DNA from: Halococcus morrhuae DSM 1307
GTDB lineage: Archaea; Halobacteriota; Halobacteria; Halobacteriales; Halococcaceae
Assembly (NCBI RefSeq): GCF_052043925.1
Contig: NZ_CM125063.1
Span: 2,849,604 to 2,889,603 of the forward strand
Reading direction: 5' to 3'
Length of the DNA stretch: 40,000 bases
Below are positions 9,264 to 18,642 of this stretch, piece by piece. Each line of letters opens with the position of its first letter. Position 1 is the first letter of the stretch. A program made the translations under genes and the position numbers. The notes under the pieces were generated by a model. It was not told the DNA's origin and searched no databases. It saw only the letters and a program-made list of their open reading frames with translations.

Positions 9264-9321
9264 GCATCATCGACGGTCGGCCGGCGCAAAAGGTTGTGCC
9301 CGGCCAGTCCGAACCCGACGA

Positions 9322-10533
9322 TCAGCCGTCGAAACGCGGCACCGCCTCGATCTCGGCCGAGTCGGTGTCCTCGAAGACCGCACGCGCGATCGTTCGCTTG
9401 TGGACCTCGTCGGCCCCGTCGACGATGCGGAAGGCGCGCACAGCGTCGTAGAAGTCCGCGAGCGGCAGGTCCCTGCTGATGCCGGCCCCACCACAGCACT
9501 GGATCGCGAGATCGATCGTCTCCTGGGCGACGTTGGCGGCGAAGACCTTGCTCATCGAGACCTCGACTCTGGCCTCGTCGCCGGCGTCGAGCTTCGTCGC
9601 GGCGTCCCTCACCATCGTCCGCGCGGCGTGCAGGCGGGTTTCGGCCTCCGCGATCGCGAACCGCTGGGCCTGTTTGTCCGCGAGCGACGAGCCGAACGCC
9701 TCGCGCTCGTTCATGTAGGCCTTCGCCACGTCGAGCGCGCGATCGGCCATCCCGGAAAAGCGCATGCAGTGGGTCAGTCGCGCGGGTCCGAGGCGCTGCT
9801 GAGCGACCGTGAACCCCTCGTTCTCCTCGCCGAGGAGGTTTTCTTCGGGCACGCACACCCCGTCGAAGCGGATCTCGGCGTGGCTCTCGGGCATGAGATC
9901 CTGACCGAGATGGGGGATGTCGCGAACGATCTCGACGCCCTCAGCGTCGGTCGGCACGAGGATGATCGAGCAGCCGGCGTAGGGGTGGGCTTCCTCGTCG
10001 GTGCGAGCCATCACCAGCAGTACGTCGGCCGCACTGCCCTGGGTGGTCCACCATTTGTGGCCGTCGATGACCCATTCACCGTCTTCCTTTTCGGCCGTCG
10101 TGCGGAGCATCTTCGGGTCCGATCCGCCGCCGGGAGCTGGTTCGGTCATCGCGAAACCAGAACGAATCTCGCCCGCCACCAGCGGATCGAGCCACTCCTC
10201 TTTCTGCGCCGCGGTGCCGACGAGTTCGAGCGTGTGCATGTTCCCCTCGTCGGGCGCGTCGACGCGCATCGCTGGCGCACCGAGTAGGCTTCGGCCCGCC
10301 TCCTCGAACAGCGGTAGTACGTCCCGGAGCGCGATCCCCATTCCACCATGCTCTTCGGAGATTTGGGGTGCATACACGTCGTACTCGCGGGCCTGTTCTC
10401 GTAGTTCGTCGATCGTCTCCTGGGAGACGCTGCCAGCGGCGTTGGCGCGCTCCTTCGGTAGCACGACTTCATCCATGAATTCACGGGCGCGATCGCGCAG
10501 TTCCTGTGCGGTCGCCGAGTCGTCGTAGTCCAT
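9322..10533 (-). CDS. Acyl-CoA dehydrogenase (ACAD10/11 / FadE2-like subgroup)
   Basis: 403 aa from ATG 10533 (MDYDDSATAQELRDRAREFMDEVV...). It carries GFAMTEP..GSDP, KWWTT, and a C-terminal ...RIVDGADEVHKRTIAR. The 690-aa track ORF is a run-on into the divergent gene. Confidence 0.9.
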   Translation of the reverse strand: MDYDDSATAQELRDRAREFMDEVVLPKERANAAGSVSQETIDELREQAREYDVYAPQISEEHGGMGIALRDVLPLFEEAGRSLLGAPAMRVDAPDEGNMHTLELVGTAAQKEEWLDPLVAGEIRSGFAMTEPAPGGGSDPKMLRTTAEKEDGEWVIDGHKWWTTQGSAADVLLVMARTDEEAHPYAGCSIILVPTDAEGVEIVRDIPHLGQDLMPESHAEIRFDGVCVPEENLLGEENEGFTVAQQRLGPARLTHCMRFSGMADRALDVAKAYMNEREAFGSSLADKQAQRFAIAEAETRLHAARTMVRDAATKLDAGDEARVEVSMSKVFAANVAQETIDLAIQCCGGAGISRDLPLADFYDAVRAFRIVDGADEVHKRTIARAVFEDTDSAEIEAVPRFDG

Positions 10534-10776
10534 GCACCCTCTTCTCGGCACTACATTGTAAAACGGTAGGGCGATTACTGACGATTCCACACACAGTCGG
10601 TGAATGTGACTGGTTTCGCCGATCAAAGTCATCGGCCACATGAGGCCGCAGACGACGGGGAATGCCGACAGAAGTGTCGGTTGACGTAGATGTGTCCAGT
10701 AGATATTCGTAGCCGGGCGCACAATCGATCTACCAATGGTAACGAGATCGCAGTCGCCGTCGAATCGAGGGGTCCG

Positions 10777-11844
10777 ATGAGCGACGAGTATTTCGCGCGC
10801 ATCGTCGATCGGGAGTCGCTCGCCGACTACTTCGAGCGCGAACTCGGAGCGGTCGAGGCGTTCGACGTTCAGCACCATCAGGAGGGCCACTCGAACGAGA
10901 CGCTGTTCGTCGAGTGGGGCGATCGCGACCTCGTGGTTCGCCGACCGCCACCCGGCGAGGTCGCCGACACCGCCCACGACGTGCTGCGGGAGTATCGCGT
11001 GATGGACGCGCTCCAGGACACGCCGGTCAGAGTGCCGCCCACCGTGTTGGCCTGCGAGGACCACTCGGTCTTGGGCTGTGATTTCTACGTGATGGAGCGC
11101 ATCGCGGGCGACGTGCTGCGCGAGGGTGAGCCCGAACGTTTCGCCACGCCCGATCACCGACGACGGATCGGCGAGGAGCTCGTCGACGGACTCGCCGAGG
11201 TCCACGCGGTCGACTACGAGGAGGCGGGCCTCGGCGAGTTCGGCCATCCCGAGGGGTTCACCGAGCGGCAGGTGAGCCGCTGGTCCGAGCAGCTGACCTG
11301 GGCGTTCGACGTCACGAGCGAGGAGCGCGAGGTACCCGCGCTCTACGACGTGATGGAGTGGCTGACCGAGAACGTCCCCGACGCGCCGACGCACACGCTC
11401 GTCCAGGGCGACTACAAGCTCGACAACGTGATGTTCGGGCCGGGAACGCCACCCGAGATCGTCGCGGTGTTCGACTGGGAGCTGAGCACGCTCGGCAACC
11501 CGCTCGTCGATCTCGGCTGGCTGCTGTCGTACTGGTGGGACGAGGGCGATCCCGAACCCCCGGCGGCGACCGACTCGCTCACCGCGACGTTCATGACCCG
11601 CGAAGGCTATCCCAGTCGGCAGGAGCTCGTCGAGCGCTACGAGCAGCGGACGGGGATCGAGTACGAGAACGATCGGTTCTATCGTGCGCTCGCGGTCTAC
11701 AAGCTCGCCGGGCTTGGCGAGATGTTCTTCCGGCGCTACCTGGAGGGCAACGCCGACGACCCGCTCTATCCGAAGATGGAGACGGGCGTGCCCGAACTCG
11801 CCGATCGCGCGGTGCGCATCATCGAGGGTGAGGAGCCACTATGA
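10777..11844 (+). CDS. Phosphotransferase-family (APH/ChoK-like kinase) protein
   Basis: 355 aa from ATG 10777 (MSDEYFARIVD...). It has the HSNETLFV, VVRRPP and YRVMDAL blocks, the Brenner-type catalytic loop LVQGDYKLDNVMF, and FDWELSTLGNPLVDL. This is the ACAD10/11 N-terminal kinase-like family. Confidence 0.85.
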   Translation: MSDEYFARIVDRESLADYFERELGAVEAFDVQHHQEGHSNETLFVEWGDRDLVVRRPPPGEVADTAHDVLREYRVMDALQDTPVRVPPTVLACEDHSVLGCDFYVMERIAGDVLREGEPERFATPDHRRRIGEELVDGLAEVHAVDYEEAGLGEFGHPEGFTERQVSRWSEQLTWAFDVTSEEREVPALYDVMEWLTENVPDAPTHTLVQGDYKLDNVMFGPGTPPEIVAVFDWELSTLGNPLVDLGWLLSYWWDEGDPEPPAATDSLTATFMTREGYPSRQELVERYEQRTGIEYENDRFYRALAVYKLAGLGEMFFRRYLEGNADDPLYPKMETGVPELADRAVRIIEGEEPL

Positions 11845-11896
11845 GCGGTTCGCCGGCGACGGGAGAGTTAAACCGCTGCCGATCGCTCGAAAGACC

Positions 11897-13135
11897 ATGA
11901 CGGACATCGAACGGGTGGCGGTGCTCGGCGCGGGCAACATGGGCCACGGCATCACCGAGGTCGTCGCGCTCGGCGGCTACGACGTGACGATGCGCGACAT
12001 CGAGACGGATCTGATCGAGTCGGGCTCCGAGAACATCGAGTGGAGCGTCGGAAAACTCGCCGAGAACGGGATCGTCGACGATCCCGACGACGTGCTCGCG
12101 CGCATCGACACGACGACCGATCTCGCCGAAGCGGTTGGCGACGCCGATCTGGTCGTCGAGGCCGCCCCCGAACGGATGGCGCTGAAAAAGGAGATCTACA
12201 CCGAACTCGACGAGCTAGCGCCCGACGAGGCGATCCTCGCCTCGAACACTTCCTCGCTGTCGATCACCGAGATCGCGAGCGCCACCGACAGGGCGGCGCA
12301 GGTGGTCGGCACCCACTACTTCAACCCGCCCGTCAAGATGGATCTCGTCGAGGTGATCTACGGCGAGCGGACGTCGGACGCGACCGCCGAGACCGCCCAC
12401 GATTTCGTCGTATCGCTCGGCAAGACGCCGATCTACGTGCAGAAGGACGTCCAGGGGTTCGTCGTCAACAGCGTTCTGGGACCGTTCATGGTCGAACCCG
12501 CCTGGATGGTCTCCAACGACGAGGCCACCATCCGGGAGGCCGACGCCGCGATGGTCCATCGCCGTGGCTATCCGATGGGGCCGTTCGAGCTCGCCGATCT
12601 GACAGGGGTCGACATCGGCTACTCGGTCCGCGAGGAGGCCGGCATCACCAACCCGCCGCTGATCGAGGAGAAAGTCGAGGCCGAGGAGCTGGGCCGCAAG
12701 ACGGGAAAGGGCTACTACGACTACGAGAACGGAGAGACGTCGGAGACGTCTCAGGCAGACGGCGAAGCCGTCGACGGCGACGGCGCGGACTACGAAGCGG
12801 GCGACGGCGAGGGGTTCGACACCCTGCGTGTCGAGGCCCGGATGGTCAACGAGGCCGCGAAGCTCGTCGGGATGGACGTCGCGACTCCCGAGGCCATCGA
12901 TACCGGCATGCGACTCGGCGCTGGCTTCTCGGAGGGGCCGTGCCGGCGTGCGGATCAGGAGGGACTCGACACGTTTCTGGAAAAGCTCGAAACGCTCCAC
13001 GAGGCGACCGGCGAGGAGCGCTTCGAGCCGGCCGACTACCTCGTCGAGCTGGTCGAGGGCGGGAACACGGGGCAGGAGAGTGGGCGCGGGTTCTACGAGT
13101 ACGAGAACGGCGAGCCGGTCTCTGGGGGTCGATGA
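11897..13135 (+). CDS. 3-hydroxyacyl-CoA dehydrogenase (NAD-binding plus duplicated C-terminal domain)
   Basis: 412 aa from ATG 11897 (MTDIERVAVLGAGNMGHGIT...). It has SNTSSLSITE, HYFNPP, GFVVNS and MGPFELADLTG, with a second C-terminal repeat (GRGFYEY). Confidence 0.9.
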   Translation: MTDIERVAVLGAGNMGHGITEVVALGGYDVTMRDIETDLIESGSENIEWSVGKLAENGIVDDPDDVLARIDTTTDLAEAVGDADLVVEAAPERMALKKEIYTELDELAPDEAILASNTSSLSITEIASATDRAAQVVGTHYFNPPVKMDLVEVIYGERTSDATAETAHDFVVSLGKTPIYVQKDVQGFVVNSVLGPFMVEPAWMVSNDEATIREADAAMVHRRGYPMGPFELADLTGVDIGYSVREEAGITNPPLIEEKVEAEELGRKTGKGYYDYENGETSETSQADGEAVDGDGADYEAGDGEGFDTLRVEARMVNEAAKLVGMDVATPEAIDTGMRLGAGFSEGPCRRADQEGLDTFLEKLETLHEATGEERFEPADYLVELVEGGNTGQESGRGFYEYENGEPVSGGR

Positions 13136-13584
13136 GCGACCTCTCGCCGGCCGAGCGGAGCCAGCTCGAAGCCATCATCGGCGAGCACGGCTTCTTCTCC
13201 TGGCTCGGCATCGAGATCGAGACGATCGAGCACGGCCGCGTCGTGCTCCGCGTGCCCTACGACGAGAAGTTCACCAACCTCGTGCCCGGCGGCGAGGCGA
13301 ACGTCCACGGGGGCGTGGCGGCCACGCTCGTCGACACCGCGAGCGGGTTCGCGCTCCGCTCGACGTTCGAGAACCCCCAAGGCGCGGCGCTCACGACGAC
13401 CGATCTGAACGTCTCCTATCTCCGCCCCGCGACCGACGATCTGACCGTCGAGGCAGAGGTCGTCCGCGCGGGCGGGTCGATGGGTGTGACGGATGCAACC
13501 GTGTCGAGCATCGCGCCGAACGGCGAGGAGAAGGACGTCGCGGTCGGGCGCACGAGCTACCGACTCTTCCGGGAGGGGCGATGA
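13132..13584 (+). CDS. PaaI-family hotdog-fold thioesterase
   Basis: 150 aa. The ATG at 13132 overlaps the upstream stop (ATGA). GxxxH..NxxGxxHGG-like block: NLVPGGEANVHGGVAATLVDTASG. Confidence 0.8.
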   Translation: MSDLSPAERSQLEAIIGEHGFFSWLGIEIETIEHGRVVLRVPYDEKFTNLVPGGEANVHGGVAATLVDTASGFALRSTFENPQGAALTTTDLNVSYLRPATDDLTVEAEVVRAGGSMGVTDATVSSIAPNGEEKDVAVGRTSYRLFREGR

Positions 13585-14021
13585 GTACCTTCGAATCGAT
13601 CGACGAGGGCGAGACGAGCACGACTGCGCGGCGGACGGTGACGGAAGCCGACGTGACGAACTTCGCGGGCGTGAGCGGTGATTTCAACCATCACCATACC
13701 GACGCGGAGCGGATGGCGAATACGGAATACGGCGAGCGGATCGTCCACGGCGCGTTCGTCTTCTCGGCGATGACGGGACTGCTCTGGCAGTCCAGAACAC
13801 CCGAACAGCGCGACGACGTCATCGCGTTCTACGGGGTCGATGCGCTCCGGTTTTCCGCCCCGACCTACATCGGCGATACCATCCACGTCGAGACCGAGGT
13901 GCTCGAAAAGGCGGAACGCGAGCACCCGCGGGCGAACGGGACGATCAGATACAGCGTGTCGGTGCTCGATCAGAACGGCGAGACCGTGCTCTCCTGTGAG
14001 CTGCTCTCGCTGGTGCGCTGA
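13581..14021 (+). CDS. MaoC-family (R)-specific enoyl-CoA hydratase/dehydratase
   Basis: 146 aa. The ATG at 13581 overlaps the upstream stop (ATGA). FAGVSGDFNHHHTD...RIVHGAF is the MaoC hydratase motif. Confidence 0.85.
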   Translation: MSTFESIDEGETSTTARRTVTEADVTNFAGVSGDFNHHHTDAERMANTEYGERIVHGAFVFSAMTGLLWQSRTPEQRDDVIAFYGVDALRFSAPTYIGDTIHVETEVLEKAEREHPRANGTIRYSVSVLDQNGETVLSCELLSLVR

Positions 14022-14064
14022 CGATCGACGGTAGCTTCTTTTGTCGCCTCGTGGTAGGGTATGT

Positions 14065-14487
14065 ATGGGCAAGCGGGTTCTGGTTCCGTTCGACGATTCG
14101 GAACAGGCACACGAGGCGCTCGAATACGTCCTCGACGAACATGCCGGGGACGAGCTCACGGCCATCCACGCCATCGATCCCGCCGAGTGGGGCTACGGCG
14201 CACCGGGCAACACCCTCGGCGAGCACTGGCAGCAGGAAGCGCGCGAGGAGAGCGACGAGATCCAAGAGAGTGCACAGGCGGTGGCCGACGAGTACGGCGT
14301 CGAGCTCACGACGGTCGCCGAGAGCGGCGTGCCCAGCGACGTCATCACCCAGTACGCCGACGACAACGGGATCGACCAGATCGTCATCGGGAGCCACGGC
14401 CGCTCGGGCACCAGACGCCTCCTGCTCGGCAGCGTCGCCGAGGAGGTCGCGCGCAAGGTCTCGATCCCGGTGACGATCATCGGCTGA
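14065..14487 (+). CDS. Universal stress protein (UspA family)
   Basis: 140 aa from ATG 14065 (MGKRVLVPFDDSEQAHEALEY...). The C-terminal GSHGRSGTRRLLLGSVAEEVARKVSIPV is the ATP-binding Usp motif. Confidence 0.85.
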   Translation: MGKRVLVPFDDSEQAHEALEYVLDEHAGDELTAIHAIDPAEWGYGAPGNTLGEHWQQEAREESDEIQESAQAVADEYGVELTTVAESGVPSDVITQYADDNGIDQIVIGSHGRSGTRRLLLGSVAEEVARKVSIPVTIIG

Positions 14488-14493
14488 TTTCGG

Positions 14494-15018
14494 CTATTCC
14501 CTCGTTCGCGGCCCCTCGTTCAGGCTTTCGAGCAGTTCGGGGTCGGTCCCGAACTTGAGCACGTTCGTCACGACGGAGTTGCGGATGTTCGAGACCACGC
14601 TGCCGTGTTCCTTGTAGAACTCGTGGATCCAGCGCGATTCGGCCTCGCGCGTCGGGAACATCATCACCGTCTTCCACTGATACTCCCCATCAGAGAGGAA
14701 GTAGAACAGCGTGTTCGGCGAGTCGCGAATGTACTCCATCGCCGCGCGCCACTCGTCGGCGAAGTGCTCGGCGTTGAACTTGAACTCGAACAGTCCGAAG
14801 ATGAAAAAGTCCTCGTTCGGGATGATCGCCTCACGGAAGACGCCCTCCTCGCGCATGCGCCGGATCGACTCGCTCACCGTGACGTGCGAGACGTCGATGT
14901 CGTACTTCTCGTCGAGGATCTCGGTGAGCTGGCGCGAGGAGATCTGCGGGTCGCCCGCGAGCTCGCGCAGGATCACCACGTCGCGCTCGGTGAATTCCCA
15001 TTCCGGTGCCTCGCTCAT
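14494..15018 (-). CDS. Winged-helix transcription regulator (Lrp/AsnC-type HTH N-terminus)
   Basis: 174 aa from ATG 15018 (MSEAPEWEFTERDVVILRELAGDPQISSRQLTEIL...). The N-terminal HTH is followed by a conserved haloarchaeal C-terminal domain. The upstream part of the 329-aa track ORF is Arg/Ser-rich and unlikely to be coding. Confidence 0.7.
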   Translation of the reverse strand: MSEAPEWEFTERDVVILRELAGDPQISSRQLTEILDEKYDIDVSHVTVSESIRRMREEGVFREAIIPNEDFFIFGLFEFKFNAEHFADEWRAAMEYIRDSPNTLFYFLSDGEYQWKTVMMFPTREAESRWIHEFYKEHGSVVSNIRNSVVTNVLKFGTDPELLESLNEGPRTRE

Positions 15019-15109
15019 CGTCGGCCTCCGCCCGCAGTGACTCGTCCGTCGGTTCGCGATCCGCCAGCATGCGGATGGTAAGTCCGTCCGTTCGACAGTC
15101 TGCCGTCGT

Positions 15110-16246
15110 TCATACCAGCCGATCGGCGATAATGTTCTTCTGGATTTCGCTCGTGCCCTCGTAGATCTTCGTGATGCGTGCGTCGCGGTAGTAGCGCTCG
15201 GCGGGATGATCGGTGACGTAGCCCGCACCCCCGAACACCTGGATCGCCTCGTCGGCCACGTCGACGGCGTGCTCGCTCGCGAACAGTTTCGCCATGCTCG
15301 CCAGCCGTACCGCGTCGTCGGCGTCGCTCTCGACCGCGCTCGCGGCCCGGTAGGCGAGCGATCGTGCGGCATCGACGTTCGTCGCCATCTCGGCGAGCTT
15401 GTGCCGGATGGCCTGGAACTCGCTGATCGGCTGGTCGAACTGCTCGCGCTCGGTCGCGTACTCACGGGCGGCATCGAGCGCACCCTGTGCGGCCCCCACG
15501 GCCTGGGCAGCGACGCTCGTTCGCCCGGAGGCGAAGAACTCCATCAGCTGGTAGAACCCCTCGTTCACCTCGCCGACAACGTTCTCCTCGGGAACTCTGA
15601 CGTCGTCAAGTCGCAACTCGGCGAGGTCGGAGGCACGAATTCCGAGCTTGTTGTCGATCTTCTCGGCGCTGAATCCCTCACTGTCGGTCGGTACGAGAAA
15701 GGCCGTGATCCCCTGATGACCAGCGCCGGGATCGGTCTTGGTCATCACGATGGCGACGTCCGCGACCGAGCCGTTGGTGATCCAGGTCTTGTTCCCGTCG
15801 ATCACCCACTCGTCGCCGTCCTGCTCCGCACGGGTCTCGATGCCCGCGACGTTCGAGCCGTGGGCGGGTTCGGAGATAGCGCTCGCCGAGACCGCTTCGC
15901 CGGCGGCGATCCCGGGCAGCCACTCCTCCTTCATCCACTCCGAGCCATACTCGATGAGCATGTCGCTGCCGAAACCCGCCGAGCCGACCGCGCTGCCGAT
16001 GCCCGGGTCGGCGCGCCAGAGCTCCTCGGTCACGATCGATCCCGCGAGCGCGTCCATCCCCGCGCCACCGTACTCCTCGGGGATGTTCGGCGCGACGAAA
16101 TCGTATTCGGCGGCCTCCTGTCTGAGTTCTTCAGGGTACTCGCCCGATTCGTCGTGCTCGCGCGCGACAGGGACGATCTCTTCCTCGGCGAACTCGCGGA
16201 CGGCCGTCCGGATGGCCTCGTGTTCTCCCGATAGCTGGAACGCCAT
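15110..16246 (-). CDS. Acyl-CoA dehydrogenase (short/medium-chain type)
   Basis: 378 aa. SEPAHGSNVAG, WITNG, and the C-terminal YRDARITKIYEGTSEIQ are canonical ACAD motifs. Confidence 0.9.
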   Translation of the reverse strand: MAFQLSGEHEAIRTAVREFAEEEIVPVAREHDESGEYPEELRQEAAEYDFVAPNIPEEYGGAGMDALAGSIVTEELWRADPGIGSAVGSAGFGSDMLIEYGSEWMKEEWLPGIAAGEAVSASAISEPAHGSNVAGIETRAEQDGDEWVIDGNKTWITNGSVADVAIVMTKTDPGAGHQGITAFLVPTDSEGFSAEKIDNKLGIRASDLAELRLDDVRVPEENVVGEVNEGFYQLMEFFASGRTSVAAQAVGAAQGALDAAREYATEREQFDQPISEFQAIRHKLAEMATNVDAARSLAYRAASAVESDADDAVRLASMAKLFASEHAVDVADEAIQVFGGAGYVTDHPAERYYRDARITKIYEGTSEIQKNIIADRLV

Positions 16247-16386
16247 AGGTGGTCATGGGTTTCCAGCGAAAAATATCTTCCTGCCATCCGTGAACGACGG
16301 AAAATGGTGGTGGGCGGGCAGTTCAAAAGAAAGCAGTGTGTTCACACGATACATCTATTACGATGGGCATCGATAGCATACGAGCT

Positions 16387-17448
16387 ATGCGAGCAGCAGT
16401 CCTCGAAGAACACGGCGAACCGCTCGACATCCAGAACGTGGACGCACCCGATCCGGAGCCAACGGGTGCGGTGATCGAAATGGAGGCCTGTGGCATCTGC
16501 CGAAGCGACTGGCACGGCTGGCAGGGCGATTGGGACTGGCTCGGTATCCGGCCTCAGGAGGGTCAGATCCTCGGCCACGAACCGGCGGGCACGGTCGTCG
16601 CGGTCGGCGACGAGGTCGAGAACCTCCAGGAGGGCCAGCAGGTCACGGTGCCGTTCAACCTCGGCGATGGGACCTGCAAACAGTGTCGCACCGGCCACGG
16701 CAACACCTGCGAGAACATCCGGCCGCTCGGCTTCGTCGAATCGGTACCCGGCGCGTTCGCCGAACAGCTCCACGTCCCGGCAGCCGATCACAACGCCGTC
16801 GTGCTCCCCGATGGCGTCTCCTCGGTCGACATGGCCGGGCTCGGCTGCCGGTTCATGACCTCGTTTCACGCGCTCGCCCACCGCGCCGACCTCGGCGGTG
16901 GCGACTGGGTGGCGGTCCACGGCTGCGGTGGTGTCGGACTTTCCGCTGTGCACATCGCCAGCGCGCTCGGCGGCAACGTCATCGCGGTCGATCTCCAAGA
17001 CGAAAAGCTCGAAAAGGCGAAAGAACTCGGCGCGAGCGCGACGGTCAACGCGAGCGACGTCGAGAATCCGGCCAACGAGGTGAAAGCCATCGCGGACGGC
17101 GGCGCGGCGGTCTCGATGGACGCGCTCGGCATCGAAACCACTTGCCGGAACTCCGTGCTGAGTCTCGGCACTCGCGGCCAGCACGTCCAGGTAGGCCTCT
17201 CGACGCAGGACGAGCAAGGGATGGTCTCGCTGCCGACGGATGCGATGGTAATGGGCGAGATCAAGTTCATCGGCTCGCTCGGGATGGCTCCGACCAACTA
17301 CGACGAGATCTTTCGGATGGTCGCCGACGGTACACTCGATCCGAGCGCGGTGGTCTCCGAGACCGTCCCGCTCGACGACGTCTCGGAGAAGCTGGCGGCG
17401 ATGGACGATTTCGAGACGATGGGGATTCCCGTCATCGACAGCTTCTGA
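16387..17448 (+). CDS. Zinc-dependent alcohol dehydrogenase (MDR family)
   Basis: 353 aa from ATG 16387 (MRAAVLEEHGEPL...). It has CGICRSDWH, GHEPAG, the structural-zinc block C..C..G....C, and GCGGVG. Alternative starts are at 16336 and 16363. Confidence 0.85.
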   Translation: MRAAVLEEHGEPLDIQNVDAPDPEPTGAVIEMEACGICRSDWHGWQGDWDWLGIRPQEGQILGHEPAGTVVAVGDEVENLQEGQQVTVPFNLGDGTCKQCRTGHGNTCENIRPLGFVESVPGAFAEQLHVPAADHNAVVLPDGVSSVDMAGLGCRFMTSFHALAHRADLGGGDWVAVHGCGGVGLSAVHIASALGGNVIAVDLQDEKLEKAKELGASATVNASDVENPANEVKAIADGGAAVSMDALGIETTCRNSVLSLGTRGQHVQVGLSTQDEQGMVSLPTDAMVMGEIKFIGSLGMAPTNYDEIFRMVADGTLDPSAVVSETVPLDDVSEKLAAMDDFETMGIPVIDSF

Positions 17449-17489
17449 ATCGACGAGCGTAGAAACGTTTTATTGGCGTTCTGTGGCCG

Positions 17490-17861
17490 CTACTCTTCGA
17501 GAACGGCGTTGACCTGGCCGTCTTGGCCGGGTCGGGAGGTCACCCGCGCGGTGCCCTCGCTGGTCTCGATGAGCGCGCCCTTGGTGATGATGTTCCGCCG
17601 GACGTAGTTCGGGTTCGCAGGGTTCTCGGCAACACCCTCGATGTCTGCACTTCGCGTCTCGCCGTCGACCGCGACGCTCGCGTGGTCGATCGAGATCGCC
17701 CGGACCGTCCGCGTGTTGCCGCGCGTGTCGACGGTCTTCAGCACCGTGTCGCCGACGCGGGTCTCGGTCGGCTCGCGGCCGAGCTGGTGTTTGCGCTTCT
17801 TCGTCGTTCGTCGCCGTCGCCCGCCGGTTCGCTTTTTGAGTGCGCGTCCCTGATCTTTCAT
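17490..17861 (-). CDS. rps8e: 30S ribosomal protein S8e
   Basis: 123 aa from ATG 17861 (MKDQGRALKKRTGGRRRRTTKKRKHQLGREPTET...). This is the typical archaeal S8e basic N-terminus, with ...NPNYVRRNIITKGA. Confidence 0.85.
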   Translation of the reverse strand: MKDQGRALKKRTGGRRRRTTKKRKHQLGREPTETRVGDTVLKTVDTRGNTRTVRAISIDHASVAVDGETRSADIEGVAENPANPNYVRRNIITKGALIETSEGTARVTSRPGQDGQVNAVLEE

Positions 17862-17942
17862 ATCCAAACGCGGGCGAGCGCACACTTGAATCGCTCGATA
17901 GCCCATCGACGGATTTAGCACGCCGCCGCCCGCTCATCCGTC

Positions 17943-18389
17943 GTGAGCCTTCGCAGCGCCGTCGCCGCCCCGTTCAAAGGTCGTGGCGAGGGCGAACTGG
18001 CCGAAAGCGAGTTCGTCGTCGCGCTCTCGCTCGATCGCGACTGGTTCTCGCCCGAGCAGGCGACCCGTCTGGCCGACATCGCCGTCGGCGAGGGGCTGCT
18101 CGAACGCACTAACGAGGCGCTCGTTCCCACGTTCGATCCCGCGGACACGACGATTCCCGAGGGGTTCGTCCCCGACGAGGAACTCCTGCGCCGGCGCTCG
18201 GCGTTCGAGCAGGTCCTCGACGCGCTCGTCGCTGACGGCATCGACAAACGGGAAGCGGTCGCCGAGATCAACGAACTCCAGCAGCGCCTCGCCGTCACCA
18301 TCGAGGCCGCCGCGGTGCTCTACGCCAGACGGCGCGACATCGACGTGAACGAGGCCGCCGATCGCGCGCTTGCCGAGCTCGGCGGTTAG
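17943..18389 (+). CDS. Conserved archaeal DUF2240-like protein
   Basis: 148 aa with a GTG start. It is acidic and helical, sits divergent from rps8e, and has codon bias consistent with the core genes. The family assignment comes from memory of the S8e-adjacent DUF2240 gene, not from a search. Confidence 0.5.
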   Translation: MSLRSAVAAPFKGRGEGELAESEFVVALSLDRDWFSPEQATRLADIAVGEGLLERTNEALVPTFDPADTTIPEGFVPDEELLRRRSAFEQVLDALVADGIDKREAVAEINELQQRLAVTIEAAAVLYARRRDIDVNEAADRALAELGG

Positions 18390-18642
18390 AGGCCACCAGA
18401 CTAGTCAATAGATTTTACGAACTCGTTCTAGCAGTTGAGGGCGTCATAGAACGGTTGGCATGGTTTTCGGCTATTTTGTGAGGTTCAGAGGGTGGTTTCG
18501 AACCCAATCTAAATGAAAGAGCAAGCTCCCGACATCAGACACGTGACGGATTTGGTTGCGTTAGGATGAACCTCGCCCCGGATGGCGACGGTGAATTTCC
18601 GCTTCCAAGCGGTCCTTATCCATTCAGAACGTATCTTCGTGT

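Noticed and set aside
9322-11394. 690-aa ORF on the minus strand
   Set aside because: Only the C-terminal 403 aa (from ATG 10533) look like a real protein, an acyl-CoA dehydrogenase. The upstream 287 codons are an open antisense read-through of the divergent, clearly coding kinase gene and the promoter region.
18491-18505. GGTGGTTTCGAACCC, reminiscent of a tRNA T-arm, at the island edge (a possible tRNA-fragment att site)
   Set aside because: The T-loop has an extra base relative to GGTTCGAAxCC. No 5-bp T-stem, acceptor stem or CCA context can be drawn, and no matching repeat was found at the other end of the segment.
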